From positions 26,925 through 58,924 of the forward strand of contig NW_008806274.1 in NCBI RefSeq assembly GCF_000400465.1: a stretch of DNA of 32,000 bases, in the 5' to 3' direction. Origin of the DNA: Wallemia ichthyophaga EXF-994 (taxonomy: Eukaryota > Fungi > Basidiomycota). The notes below the pieces were generated by a model. It did not search any database. It was not told where the DNA came from and saw nothing but the letters and a program-made list of their open reading frames with translations. How positions within the stretch are numbered: position 1 is the first letter of the stretch; each line of letters begins with the position of its first letter. A program made the position numbers and the translations under genes. Below are positions 1 to 11,650 of this stretch, piece after piece.

Positions 1-123
1 CCAATTGAGGACAGCGGACCTTCACCCATGAAATGCGTGCCTTCCACACACCATAGCTGCTAAGATCTCTTCTGCCAATCACAAATTATTCTTAACAAAG
101 ACACACCTTGCGCTCGGAGGGTT

Positions 124-130
124 CCCCGGA
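124..130. promoter_or_regulatory. CCCCGGA motif (reverse complement contains the CreA/Mig1-type SYGGRG) upstream of the SDR
   Basis: The same 7-mer recurs upstream of the next two genes. Confidence 0.35.
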
Positions 131-213
131 ATGATGTCATTATTTTTATATATAAAATCAGTGAAATGCGGGGACGAAACAACTTAACATTTTACATTTA
201 AAACAAAGACAAA

Positions 214-1266
214 ATGGCCTCATTACAAGCAGTAGACTTATTCAATATTAAGGGATGGGTGACAGTGGTCACTGGTGCGTTGACAATGTAGATGTTAGCT
301 TTTGCTGACTCGCAGAGCAGGTGCTGGATCAGGCGTTGGTAGGATGATGGCGACCTGCTTAGCACAGAATGGTGCTAAGGTGTACATCACTGGTCGTCGC
401 CTTGAGAAGCTCCAGGAGACAGCGTCTGGATATGAGAGCAGTATTATTCCAGTTGCAGGTGACTCGACAAAGAAGGAGGATATTCAAGCAATCGTCGATC
501 AAATCAGCAAAAAGGAGGATCACGTTGACTTGCTCATCAATAACTCCGGCGTTACAACCGCGAAAGCTCATATGGATGCCAGTGACAACTCCCCAGAAGC
601 TATCAGCAAGCGCATGATGGAGCAATCATTCGCTGACTGGACCGATCCATACGCAATCAACGTAGCTGCTATCTACTTCACCACCGCAGCCTTCCTCCCT
701 CTACTTATTGCCGCAAACAAGAGCAGAGGTGCTTCCGGAAATGTCATCAACGTGACATCTATCTCTGGTATCGTCAAAAATTCCCAAGTAAGGTTTTGTC
801 TCACAAATGAACACAAATCTAACAAATGCCCAGAATGGTCAATTCAGCTACAACAGCAACAAGGCAGCTGCTGTATCTCTCAGTCAACAAATGGCGCTTG
901 AGTTGGCACGTCCACACATCGGCATCAGAGTAAACCAGCTCGCCTTGGGATACTTCCCTAGCCAGGTAGGTGAAAGAAGGTTTTGTCGATGTTTACTTCT
1001 AACCCGCACAACAGATGACACCAGTTGAGACATCAGGTGAGAAAGACTTCTTCAGAAATAAATGGCAAATTCCATTTGGTGAGTGTAGTTTATACCACTC
1101 ATAACGTCCGCTAATTAACCAATCAGGCCGTGCTGGTATCCCATCTGATCTTGCAAAGATCGTCCTCAACTTGGCCACCAACGAATACCAAACCAACTCC
1201 ACCGAGATTCTCGATGGTGCATACACCCTCGCATCTGACCGCTTGCACTTGGAGAATTACACTTAA
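214..1266 (+). CDS. Short-chain dehydrogenase/reductase (classical SDR), 287 aa, 5 exons
   Basis: Exons 214-274, 321-787, 834-965, 1015-1078 and 1127-1266 join in frame through GT-AG introns of 46-49 nt. Motifs: TGAGSGVG (TGxxxGxG), NNSG and catalytic YNSNK (YxxxK). Confidence 0.9.
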
Positions 1267-2063
1267 TGATGAGAAATACGCGTTGTTCTGTAATAAATAC
1301 AATTTGATAAATGCTTTTTAGATTCAGTTTTTGAGAGATCGATATTTTTGAATTTAAATTGACTGTTAATACAGAAGTAAGCGTATATGAACAATTTTGG
1401 ATGATACAAACCGAAAATAAAAACCTTGGATACCAAGACACATGCGAAGACACTATTCATACATTATAATTTAATATTATCAGACTCATTCGAGTCTCTT
1501 GCAGTATCAAGTATCGGGGTTTAATACCTTCATCTCTTTTGTAATTTCAGTCCTTCGATTAAACCCAAACCGTCCGCAGCACCTCGAACGAATATACCGC
1601 TGAGCTTTCTTAGAAAGTCAACAATAGAGACATTGTATATACCCGATACTGTTCATTCATTTTATGCATTACATTCATCCCTAATTTTTAAATTTTCTCA
1701 AATTAAGCTTGACATCAAGAGAGCACATGATTCACAACCACCACCAAAAGCGCACGGATCTTTCGAGATATTCAGCAGCTGTATGAGAATCAAATAGCTC
1801 TCTTTGAAGCGGACAAACAGTGGGAAATTACCTCCAATAATTAGAATCCGGCTAAATCTGGGAAAAGCTCCGGAGCCGACTCCGACTAGTTTGAGGTTAT
1901 TCTGGACAGGTGAATTAGCTTAATGCGTGCATTTGGTATACTGTCACAGAATGCAGACCAGATGACTTAGAATGAGACATTAGTGTATGTATATAGTCCA
2001 TATCAATGAATAGAACTCTTTACACGTCTAATATGCTCTCTAACTATCCTCATGTCAATTACT

Positions 2064-2072
2064 CGCCCCGGA
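2064..2072. promoter_or_regulatory. CGCCCCGGA motif upstream of the sugar transporter
   Basis: Exact 9-nt match to the reverse complement of 4464-4472. Confidence 0.35.
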
Positions 2073-2179
2073 TCGAATCAACTGGGTGAACATTGTCACC
2101 GGATCAACCATTCAGGTACAATCTAAATGACTTATAAGTTCTTGATCGATCTTTAACACCTCACCTATCCGTCTAAAAA

Positions 2180-4000
2180 ATGGGTATTTTTAACAACAAA
2201 CAGCCACTAGGCGCTACTACGGTCTATGTTTCAATACTGTCCTCTGTGGGAGGGATGATTTTCGGATATGACACAGGACAAATATCGGACATGGTGTTAA
2301 TGCGAGATTTCAAGTACAGATTTGCTGATATCAGAACAAATTGCATCAACGGTCACTGCGAGGAATATGAGTTCAGTAATGTTCGGGAAGGCCTGATAGT
2401 CTCACTTCTTTCAATTGGTACACTTTCTGGCGCGTTGCTAGGCGCTCCCGTAGCAGATTATTTGGGCAGACGCATGGCAATGAGTTTGGAAGCGGCTCTT
2501 TTCACCGTTGGCCTAATAGTACAGATAGCCACTCAGTTCTCTTGGGAGCAATTTGCTGTTGGACGCTTGATAGCGGGGTTGGGAATAGGTGCACTTAGTG
2601 CCGTAATACCTGTTTACGTGTCCGAGTGCGTCGTACCCAATTTTAGAGGCTCGGCGGTTGCATGTTATCAATTATGTATTACATTCGGGATTTTGCTGGC
2701 GTACTGCTTCTGTTATGGAACGCGTCCTCTAGATTCTGATGCCTCGTGGAGAATCATTGTAGGCTTAGGTATAGCGCTGGCTCTTATTCTCGGTGTCGGA
2801 GTGTGGTTTTTGCCAGGTGAGTCATAAATCGCGCTGGGAATACAAATTAACAAGCCCTACAGAATCACCGAGATGGCTCATGAAGAACGACAAGGTTGAG
2901 CAAGCTAAAAGGTCTCTTCAAAGGGTTAGAGGTGCCAAGTCTGACTTCGATAAGGCCGTTGTCGAGCATGACTTCCTTGAGATAGCAGCGAAGGTCAAGC
3001 TTGAGCAGCAGACTGAGTCATCGTTTTGGAAGTCGTGGGTGGAATGTTTCATCGGCCAACCCGGAAAGAAAAAATTAGTCTATCGAACAGCATTAGGAGT
3101 GTTTCTTCAGACCTTTAATCAGCTCACTGGTGCCAACTACTTCTTCTACTACGGTGCAACCATATTCCAATCGGTCGGTATTGAGGATTCATATATCACG
3201 CAGATCGTGCTCGGAGCTGTCAACTTCTTTTGCACACTCTGGGGTCTTTGGATCTTGGAGAGATTTGGTCGTCGTAAGCCAATGATTTTTGGTGGTATTT
3301 GGCAGTGTGAGTGCAAACTTTCTCTTTTAACTGTTTCCTGACCTTCGTGCAGTTGTAAGTATATTATCAGCACGTTAAGTGAAGACTCACTAATTTTACT
3401 TAGGTTTGGTTAATGGTTTTCGCGACAGTCGGTGACCAGCTAGATCCAAGACCAACTCCGTCCAGGCCTGAGGGCAATCCAGCGTCTGGAAAGGTCATGA
3501 TCTTATCGGCTTGTCTTTTTATTGCCTCATTCGCGTCCACTTACGGTCCGGGCACGTGGATTGTGACCGGAGAGACGTTCCCCCTTTCTCACAGAGCTAG
3601 ACAGGCATCTATAGCTACAGCATCGAACTGGGTTTGGAACTTTCTTATCGGATTCTTCTCACCATTTATCACCAGCGCAATATCATTCAGGTATGGTTAT
3701 GTCTTTAGTGGTTGCAATCTCTGTTTGGCTGCAGTGATGTACTTTTTTCTCTACGAGACAGCCGGATTGTCCTTGGAAGCAGTTGATGAGATGTATTCTA
3801 CGAAGGGGCTCAAGCCATGGCGCTCATCGCAGTGGGTTCCCTCAGGATTCATAAATCGCAGGGATGTCATGGAAGCTAGCAAGATTGAGACATTCCACAT
3901 CGAACATATGGACGGGAATGACGAGAGAAGATTCAGTACAGCTGATGGCGATCAGTCTTCGCAAACGCCAAGCGAGAGCAACAAGAAGATGGACGTTTAG
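2180..4000 (+). CDS. MFS sugar porter (hexose transporter family), 559 aa, 4 exons including a 2-nt microexon
   Basis: Exons 2180-2816, 2863-3306, 3353-3354 and 3404-4000 total 1680 nt. Sugar-porter motifs: GGMIFGYDTG, DYLGRR, PESPRWL, QLTGANYFFYY, ERFGRR, GETFP and ETAGLSLE. Confidence 0.93.
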
Positions 4001-4463
4001 TCCAATATTTAATGTACTTTTATTATACAATTAGTGATACTGATTTTTTAAATGTGACTGAGAGTTTTGTTTTAAACTTGTTTGAGATTATGATGATAAT
4101 ATACAGGGGTACTGGTGCTCAATAACAAATTGAGTTGTCGCTTTAATCTACTGAACATATCCAGCCCAAGGAACTGGAGTCTGAGGGGAAGACATGGAGG
4201 GTGACAGTTAATACCAAAAGCAAGCAAGATGTAAATTATTAGTTTTTATTATGTATATACAGCATTACAGCACTCTAGAGGGATGAAGTCGCCTGTGAGA
4301 TCAGGTGCTCTATTGCACCAGCTCAACTATTGCGAATACATGACTGGCATGTGATACTTTGACAGCACATAAACTTTATTAAAAGACTGCGACAACTGAG
4401 AGGTACCGGAGGTCGCTCCATATATGGACACATTGCACGTGACGTGTATAAATGATTCAATTT

Positions 4464-4472
4464 TCCGGGGCG
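4464..4472. promoter_or_regulatory. TCCGGGGCG motif (contains CCGGGG, SYGGRG type) upstream of the Gfo/Idh/MocA gene
   Basis: Reverse complement of the motif at 2064-2072. A TATA-like TATAAA lies at 4447-4452. Confidence 0.35.
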
Positions 4473-4540
4473 GATTTGCCATATTCATTTATGTAGCAAA
4501 TCTAACAGCATAACTCATTATAGCCTACAACTTTAGTACT

Positions 4541-5836
4541 ATGGCACCTCAAAAGCACAGACGCAGCTCAATCGAAGCAAACCCCCTCCAATCTGGCCCT
4601 CAGTTTAACTTGATATACGTTGGTGCGGGAGCCATCAACTTTGGGACGGATGAAGGCCCATGGAATCACAGCAAACGTGTTGAGCAGAAATGGGGTAAAA
4701 GACTCAATGTTGTTGGTATAGTCGATCCTAATACAGCCAAAGCGGATTTAGAATTGAGCAAGAAAAGAGAAAGCTTCGTCGCAGACGCCTATAAAAACAC
4801 AAAGACATTCCCTACCGTCGCAGCGGCCAGGAAGGAGCTTGAAGGGGAGAGCTTCCCACACGCGATTATAGTTGGTGCTCCACCAAAGTTCAGAGGTGGA
4901 TTGAGAACTCCAGCTGATTTGGAGCTGTCTATACTTGAGCACTTTCCAAAAGTTGCCATGTTTATCGAGAAGCCTGTCACAACTGGTCCGTCCGAGGAAG
5001 CTGGGGAGGTTGGAAAGCGCATTGCAAAGACTGGAAATCCTGTGGCTGTCGGATACATGCTCAGATATAGCAAGGCTGTTCAGGCAATGATTGGGCTCAT
5101 TGAGGAGAAAAATTTGACAGTTATGTGCACATCAGCTAGGTGAGTTGGATAAGGACAGATGAGCCCCTCTTATATACCATCAGATACGTTATGGCTTATG
5201 AGAAAGCTGTGAACATTGACTGGTGGGACAAATCAATCTCTTGCGGGCCGATAGTGGAGCAAGCGACACACTTCTGCGATCTTTCGAGGTATTTTGGTGG
5301 CGATGTCAAGCTCGACTCTGTACAGGCGCACTCCGTTGAATGGGACGAGGAACCAGGCCAGCTCAGCAAGCAAAACATTGACGAGAGTAAGGTGCCAGCC
5401 GAGCAGCGCATTCCACGTTTCACATCTGCAAGTTGGAAGTACACAAATGGAACAGTCGGATCTCTTATTCATGGGGTTGCGCTACATGATACAGACTACT
5501 ATACTGAGCTGACTGTCTTCGCGGATGGATATCTTTTGCGGTTGGTCGACCCATACAACAATCCCACACTTTACGTGAGGTCTCCCAATAGCAACGCAGA
5601 GAAGGTGAGTGTTGAGTGTCTCTGAATTGCCATATTAACAAATCTAGGTTCAAACGTTTACAAACGACGATTGCTTCTACTCAGAGATTTCAAACTGGGG
5701 AGATGAGATTGAAAGACAAGCTGAGCACAAGGATGAGCCTATCGATCATACGATTCTCAGCTCCTACGAAGATGCTGTCAAAACATACGAGTTCACTTGG
5801 GCCATTAGACTGGCGTCAGAGAGAAGTCGTCAGTAG
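4541..5836 (+). CDS. Gfo/Idh/MocA-family NAD(P)-dependent oxidoreductase, 402 aa, 3 exons
   Basis: Exons 4541-5139, 5184-5604 and 5648-5836 join in frame. Motifs: VGAGAINFG Rossmann-like loop, FIEKP, VGYMLRY and GPIVEQATHFCD. Confidence 0.88.
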
Positions 5837-5897
5837 ATGTAGCGTTAGTCATAATTCATTGTACTTTTTCATAATCATACATAAATCCATAACATGA

Positions 5898-8064
5898 TCA
5901 AAAGCCGGTGTGAGATGTGTCTATTTCGAATTGCAATCCTATTGAAAGGAGAAAGTTGTTCCACTCGACATCATTTTGGGCGCTGAGCCCGCTATAGTTG
6001 TACTCTGGAACACCTACGCCTCCGCCAAAATCAATCGAATTGGACTGCAATAAATTAAACATGTTGTTGAGAATATCATCTCCGCCAACTTCATAAGGTG
6101 GATCGATGACATTCTCTCCTCGATAAACACCCGTGTTGTAATCATCGCTTAGTGTCCGCTGGCCAGAAACTCTCACAGGTAAACGACATGACTCCAGAAG
6201 GTGCAAAATTACGTCTAGGGTTTTACCAGCAACGATATCCTTAATCTCCCTTCTTCGCAGTATCATGATACCTATCTCTATGTAATCGATTTCAGTCACA
6301 TCCACTTGACCTGTCCGTCTTGATTCACATGCACTCAATATAAGAATAACTAGAGCGTGAAATGGCTGATTGAGGGTGTTAGTATGTAGCTGTCATTCGC
6401 AACCCAACTCACTCCCAAATTCATCAAGAAATCAATGTAGTTTTGGATTATGTGTCGCTTTAACTCCATGACATGGAAAACCTTTAGCATGGACTTGGCT
6501 GCATTTGCGCATATAAGCAAACTCTCTACTTTAAATTGCGAAAATTTTGTCGAGCCAGGATGGGGTACGAAGTTTCTATACATTAGCAACTGGATATTGA
6601 AGAAAGCGATGCGAAGATTACTCATGAGCTGAAACACAAAATTATCTTGGCAATTATCATCATACTGCAAATCCCGCGGGATCTCATTCACCCAGTCATT
6701 CAAACACGAGCTCATACTTGCGACGATTGACATGACATTGTCTCTGTTACCTTGTTTCTTTAGCAAGCTAATTTGATGATCGATTTGGCCTTGTATTTTG
6801 TAAAGCTTTATCATTTGCGTAAAGTATATGACGCTATAGTGTTCCTCAGTACCTATTTCTTCTGGCAGTGGTTGAAGATGCTCAAGACTAACATCCTCAT
6901 CTTTCAGCATAATGCGTCTTCCGTAAGCCGCACTGAGGGAGCGATCCATAAAGTATATGCAGTAGTACGCTCTTTTTCGGGCCTCCCTTTCGTAGACGTT
7001 GAGATGGTTCAATTGGTGATAAAGACTGATATCTTCGGCTATAATAAGTGCCGCGCCATTCAGATTCCAGCTGCTTTGCAGATGAGAGCTTCTTTGGACA
7101 AACATTTGGAGTAACATGAGCGCTTGAATGTCTTCGAGCGTGGCCGCTGTGAGAGAGTAGTTGGGCGCTTTCTTCTTGTATGTTTGGAAGTAGCTGCTGC
7201 CGCCGAGAAATCCAAATGGCTCTCGGTTTGGGAGGTGCATGCGTTCGTCATCGCAATAAAGCGATCCCAGTGCACACACTAGGATAAGTATGCTTCCGAA
7301 ACCCCGCTCCAGCTTTCGTTGTGGTATGTCTTGGATAAAGCGGATCTTATTCAGAAGCGGGAAGGTGCTGTTAACTTTCTGAAAGTATGTCGCAACAAAG
7401 CGATAGAGAAACTCATCCGGGCCAAAGTCTTCGTTTGTGAATGGAATGTGATTTTCGTCCTCTATATTGAGTGACCAGTACTGTGGACGTTTTTGGGTGG
7501 CCATTGACTGTTCCACAAGACTATGGGCCTTTATTTTATACATTACCTCCCTTACTGATCCAAAGTAACGCATTTTGTCAGCATCTGTGGTGTCTTGAGG
7601 ATCTAGGGATGCACCATCAAAGACTTCCTCGTCTGATTGATCCATTGTGTGATCTATTGAAGTAGTTGCATCATGTGAATGCTTCCTCGGAGCATTTCTA
7701 AAGGAATTTTCTAGATCATCATTTAGTCCTTGTCCAGGTGCAAGCTTTTCCACTAGAGCTTCATATAGTGTGAGCTGGTCAGTTGTTAGCGGGTGATATA
7801 ATATTAGCTCTATCACCGACTTTCTGCTCAATATCGCGCACGTAGCTGGTGGGAAATGGCTTCATGGATACTTCCTTAAACGTGCACTCCTTATCAACGC
7901 AATTTGAGCATCTCTTTGGCCATGTTTTAGTTGCGTCGCATCGTATCTTTTTCAATCGACAATAATCGCACTGTGAATGTTTTGAATTTGTCAGATTACT
8001 GAGGGGATGCTGTCAAACACTATCTCACTGCTCTGTTCGGCCATCTTCGCTTCTCCTGTATCAT
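5898..8064 (-). CDS. Zn(II)2Cys6 fungal transcription factor with Fungal_trans middle region, 671 aa, 4 exons
   Basis: Exons 8064-8029, 7970-7821, 7774-6413 and 6365-5898 join in frame. The N-terminus (missed by the ORF track) encodes ACDYCRLKKIRCDATKTWPKRCSNCVDKECTF. REARKRAYYCIYFMDRSLSAAYGRR is typical of the middle homology region. Confidence 0.92.
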
Positions 8065-8181
8065 CGGGATGTGATTGGAAAAAGGGGAGGTTACCGAGAT
8101 GAGTTGGAAATATGCATCGTGAATTCGAGGTCGTTATTATAATCATGCATTAACATAAAACAATTGATTGAACATGTGGTT

Positions 8182-8692
8182 CTAGTGAATTAGTACTTTC
8201 TTTGATTCAGATTCGGGCGCGTGTCTTGAGTATCTGAGGGTGAGCAAACCGTTATCGTAGGCGGCGTGAATATTGTCCTCTGTGATGTGCTCTGGGAGTC
8301 TCCACGTTCTGCTGATTGAAGGAGCTGAGTTGATTTCGCTGATTAAGTATCTTTGCTCGTCCGACTTCTTTGATTCTTCTTCAGCTGGCTTGCTAGCCTT
8401 GACACTTATTTTGTGGTCGTGGATAGAGATTTCTAGCTGCTCCTTCTTGTAACCAGCCAGATCTACTCTCGCTTCGTACGAGTTGTCATGTTGAATCAGA
8501 TCGAGTCTGGCAGCTACGTCAGCAAATGAAATCATCACCATCAACGACTACTCACCTAGCTTTAGATGTAGAAGGAGTAGCGTTATGCTTGACTGGTGCA
8601 TTATCCTTTAAGAAGAATTCTATAGGAAAGTTGAATTCGTTGATTCTGCTTAATTCGTTCAAGTCGCTTGGTTGGTTGTAGAAGATTGTCAT
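8182..8692 (-). CDS. Small heat-shock protein (HSP20/alpha-crystallin), copy a, 153 aa, 2 exons
   Basis: ATG at 8692, one 49-nt phase-2 intron. Alpha-crystallin motifs: RVDLAGYKKEQLEISI, SRTWRLPEHI and AAYDNGLLTL. TATATAA lies upstream. Confidence 0.93.
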
Positions 8693-8789
8693 TTTGCTGT
8701 TGAGAATAGTAGATGTTGTTGAAAAGCAGTTAAGAGAGCGCCCCAGCTTATATACCCGTGCGCATCCCCTCGATTCTTCTAGCAACTTC
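8182..8789 (-). repeat. 608-bp inverted repeat, arm a (partner 20846-21453)
   Basis: Hand alignment of the reverse complement against 20846-21453 gives 10 substitutions and no indels. Confidence 0.95.
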
Positions 8790-8790
8790 A

Positions 8791-8808
8791 CTCTGGAAAC
8801 TTCTCGAG
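8791..8808 (-). promoter_or_regulatory. Heat-shock element (nGAAn inverted array) of HSP20 copy a
   Basis: The minus strand reads CTC-ga-GAA-gt-TTC-ca-GAG in 5-bp phase. A second imperfect array (GAA-gt-TGC-ta-GAA) lies just inside the repeat. Confidence 0.7.
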
Positions 8809-9342
8809 AAGGTACTGGAAGCAGCTTTTCCGGATATGCTGATTTCGATAGTATGAAACCCCATCCTCTATCTACGATGTTGAGTATCCAATTGCATCCG
8901 AAAGTAGGATTTGGCAGCAGATAATTGAAAAATGTGTAGCCTGGAATAAACCTCGCCAAGCGCGTATTCGTGACTTCAGCAAAGATTTCGCGGGTCTAAA
9001 ACAGGAAATGATTCGTACGAGTAATTTGGAGTACGCAAACAAAGACAGTTCAGTAGTGGGGAGGATAAGTACTATCCGCCAACAGACACCTGCCATCTGT
9101 ATATTGTTTGTGTGCTAGAAGTGGAGTGATATAAGGAGGTGTAGCGTCATTCAAGTGGAGAAACTGGAGTAGAGTAGCATTACTTTTCCAATAAACAAAA
9201 CTGTCCATTTATTCTACCGCCTTTTATACGTTCAAATGAAAAAGTGATTTGCATAGCATTAAGGTATAAACTAATAAATACAACTAAACGAGTGTGCTTG
9301 TGTCTGCGTAATAGCACTCATACACCGCTAACCTGTAGCGGA

Positions 9343-9566
9343 TCACGTTCCCGCCATATTAAAGTAGCATCTGCGGGGTTACTGTGGTTAGGTGGGGGTT
9401 GTGCGTTGATAAACAAACTTACTTTTTGCACGAAAAATCGTTGTCGGCGTTGACGTAGACGCATTTCGGACACCTCCAGTTGAAGTTTACTGGGCTAAGT
9501 AACTGTATGCGTGTTTTAGCGTTGCGTTTTATTTGTATTCATCAACCCCACCTTCTTGAGACACAT
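9343..9566 (-). CDS. RanBP2/NZF-type zinc-finger microprotein ZF1, 40 aa, 3 exons
   Basis: Exons 9566-9552, 9502-9423 and 9370-9343. Introns are GTGGGG..CAG (49 nt) and GTAAGT..CTAAC..CAG (52 nt). Translation: MCLKKLLSPVNFNWRCPKCVYVNADNDFSCKKCYFNMAGT, a full W-x-C-x2-C-x3-N-x6-C-x2-C match. Confidence 0.8.
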
Positions 9567-9742
9567 GATGGTTGCTGAAAGACAAGTTCGGCACACAAAC
9601 AAAGCTCTTTTTATTCAGTCACATCCATCACATGTCATGTGAAGTAATTCGTATGCATAAATAATGTATGCCGAATGCTATGACATAATTGGTCAGTTCC
9701 CAAGCTTGGTGGATCTTTTCACCAAATCCTACCGCATCAGTT

Positions 9743-11569
9743 CTAGACTCTCTCGTACCTATAACGTTGTCTTGGCTGTTTTCTAGACTCTTCCTTTGTC
9801 TCATATACACATTGCACACTGCTAACGTGTCTTCTAGCCCATGCCACAGCCTCATGTTCTAGCTCGGGGCACCTGTTCGCGATAAGCTCATCGATGGATG
9901 TTAAATCAGGGGTGCTGTTGCGCTGTTTAATGAGCTCAATTAGCAGCCTGCCGAACGAACCCGCTGTTCGGGAAACATTTACTGCTCTCAATCTCGGACA
10001 TAGCTTCTTCTGGGTGATTGTGTGCAGTATAATCACACCATACCCTGTACCTGTCAAGTCGAGCACCTGCAAATCGTTGAGGTTGCTGAACGCGCCAATA
10101 AACCTATCAATGTATACAGACGGATCTGGCGCGTTAGCCATGAGGCTGAAATCAGTGTCTAGTTGGTTTTGAATCGACAGGTGTATCAGCTTTGGTGAGT
10201 CTTGAACGCATTCTAACATGTACAGTGGCACGCCCTTGAGTATACAGCGCTTTAAATTAGGCAAATTGTATTTGGGTATTGGTCTGGGTGGTGTTATACT
10301 GCGTAGTCCATCCCTTACGTCGGCTATGAGGAGGGTTTCGAGAATGGGCATGTTGATGTTAATCAAATGCGAATCAGATTCTTCATGACATTCATAGCCC
10401 TGGTCCCACTCGAATGATTCCAGGTTGGGGAAAGCACTCATGAGGTGGTGTATTGGTGGTGCGCGACTTTTACTCAATTTGAAGCGTTTCAAGGTGTAGT
10501 TTCCAGGGGTGCCACTTTGTGCGTGATAATTGAAGCCATCTAGCTCAAGTGTGTTTTTCACCCGATTCAAAACAAAATCTTCGTCAATGTCGCGCAAGTC
10601 ATGATGCGCTAGAGAACCGCCATCCGCACATACAAGCTTGTCAACTTTCTGAAACATCTTGTCTCCCGAGATACCAGAGATAGGTTCGAAGAATGGGTTT
10701 ATTTTGAATTTGTGGGAGTAAACCATCTCCAAAGTAGACAAATTTATGTTAGCGTTAATGTCGATTGAAGGCAATGGATTTGTGCAGAATGAAAGCACCT
10801 CTTCCACGTTAAGGAGGTGCATCTTAATGTGTCGTAGCGGGGTATTGTTTGCGCGCTTGTAGAATGTATTTAGCTTTTTCAGCGCCCTCCCAGAACCATC
10901 GAATTTTATGGCACATCTGCGCCATAGTTGGGGTATACTGAGGACTGTCTGTCTCCATAGGCTGTTTACGTGTGATAGACGTGTGACTAAAGAGTAGTCG
11001 TTGGTGGACTCGGCGGCCAGTTCGACGATATCGAGCACCATCTCCAAAGGGAGCACTGTCAATGGGTCTCTAAACGAGCTCAATCTGAGCTGCTCAACAA
11101 CCTGAAGCTCATCCCTCAAATCCTGCATTTCCAAAAACAATGGATCTTGCTTGCGCGTGACTTTTGAAATGTACTCACACTGCTTCAAAGCGAGATTTGC
11201 CATAGCGAGGGCTTGCTTATTGAGACTGCGAGATTTGAGTATATTTGCACACCTCCTGTATCCCTTGAGGAGTATTAGCCGTGTATCTAGAATGTCATCA
11301 TCGGCGCACTTTTGGGGATTTCTCGTCGATTTGTGTCATCTTTCTAGCTACTTGTAACGCCTGATCTGTGCGATTTAATTTTAACAGCGTCGCGCATTTT
11401 GTATCGTAGACGGTCAAATGGGAGTGTAGTGCTAGCGTCTTGAAGGGGTTAGCGGGGATACTAAGCAGCAATCCACACCAACTCTATCCAGCAGCTCCAA
11501 GGATTTCTCGAAGTCACCGCGTCTGTACTCCTTCACTGCTGCGTCAAATGGTTCCTTCCACTTGGACAT
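9743..11569 (-). CDS. TPR + F-box + LRR-like protein (Dia2/Pof3-like architecture), about 578 aa, 3 exons
   Basis: Exons 11569-11483, 11438-11310 and 11263-9743 join in frame. The N-terminal helical TPR-like region (AVKEYRRGDFEKSLELLD; YDTKCATLLKLNRTDQALQVARKM) is followed by an F-box (DPLTVLPLEMVLDIVEL...VNSLWRQ) and degenerate LRR-like units (FPNLESFEW, LPNLKRCIL, LNDLQVLDL). Confidence 0.8.
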
Positions 11570-11650
11570 GGCAGTAGCGTGATGGCAATAAAATAAATCC
11601 AAATCCATTTCATTTGTACAGGCAGAGGTTTAGAATACAATTCCAGCAAT

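Noticed and set aside
4090-4154. ATGATGA...CTGA box C/D-like pair downstream of the sugar transporter
   Set aside because: No convincing rRNA complementarity or terminal stem, and it lies in AT-rich 3' flank.
8552-8959. 135-aa minus ORF that appears to extend HSP20a N-terminally (and the equivalent 20850-21083 ORF)
   Set aside because: It starts at a non-ATG codon and runs through the HSE and TATA. The true start is the ATG at 8692 or 20943.
8852-9118. Stop-free plus-strand frame of about 88 codons (YETPSSIYDVEYPIASESRIWQQ...ILFVC) next to the HSP20a promoter
   Set aside because: No ATG until late, no convincing upstream exon and no recognisable motif. It is compatible with chance or an unrecognisable relic.
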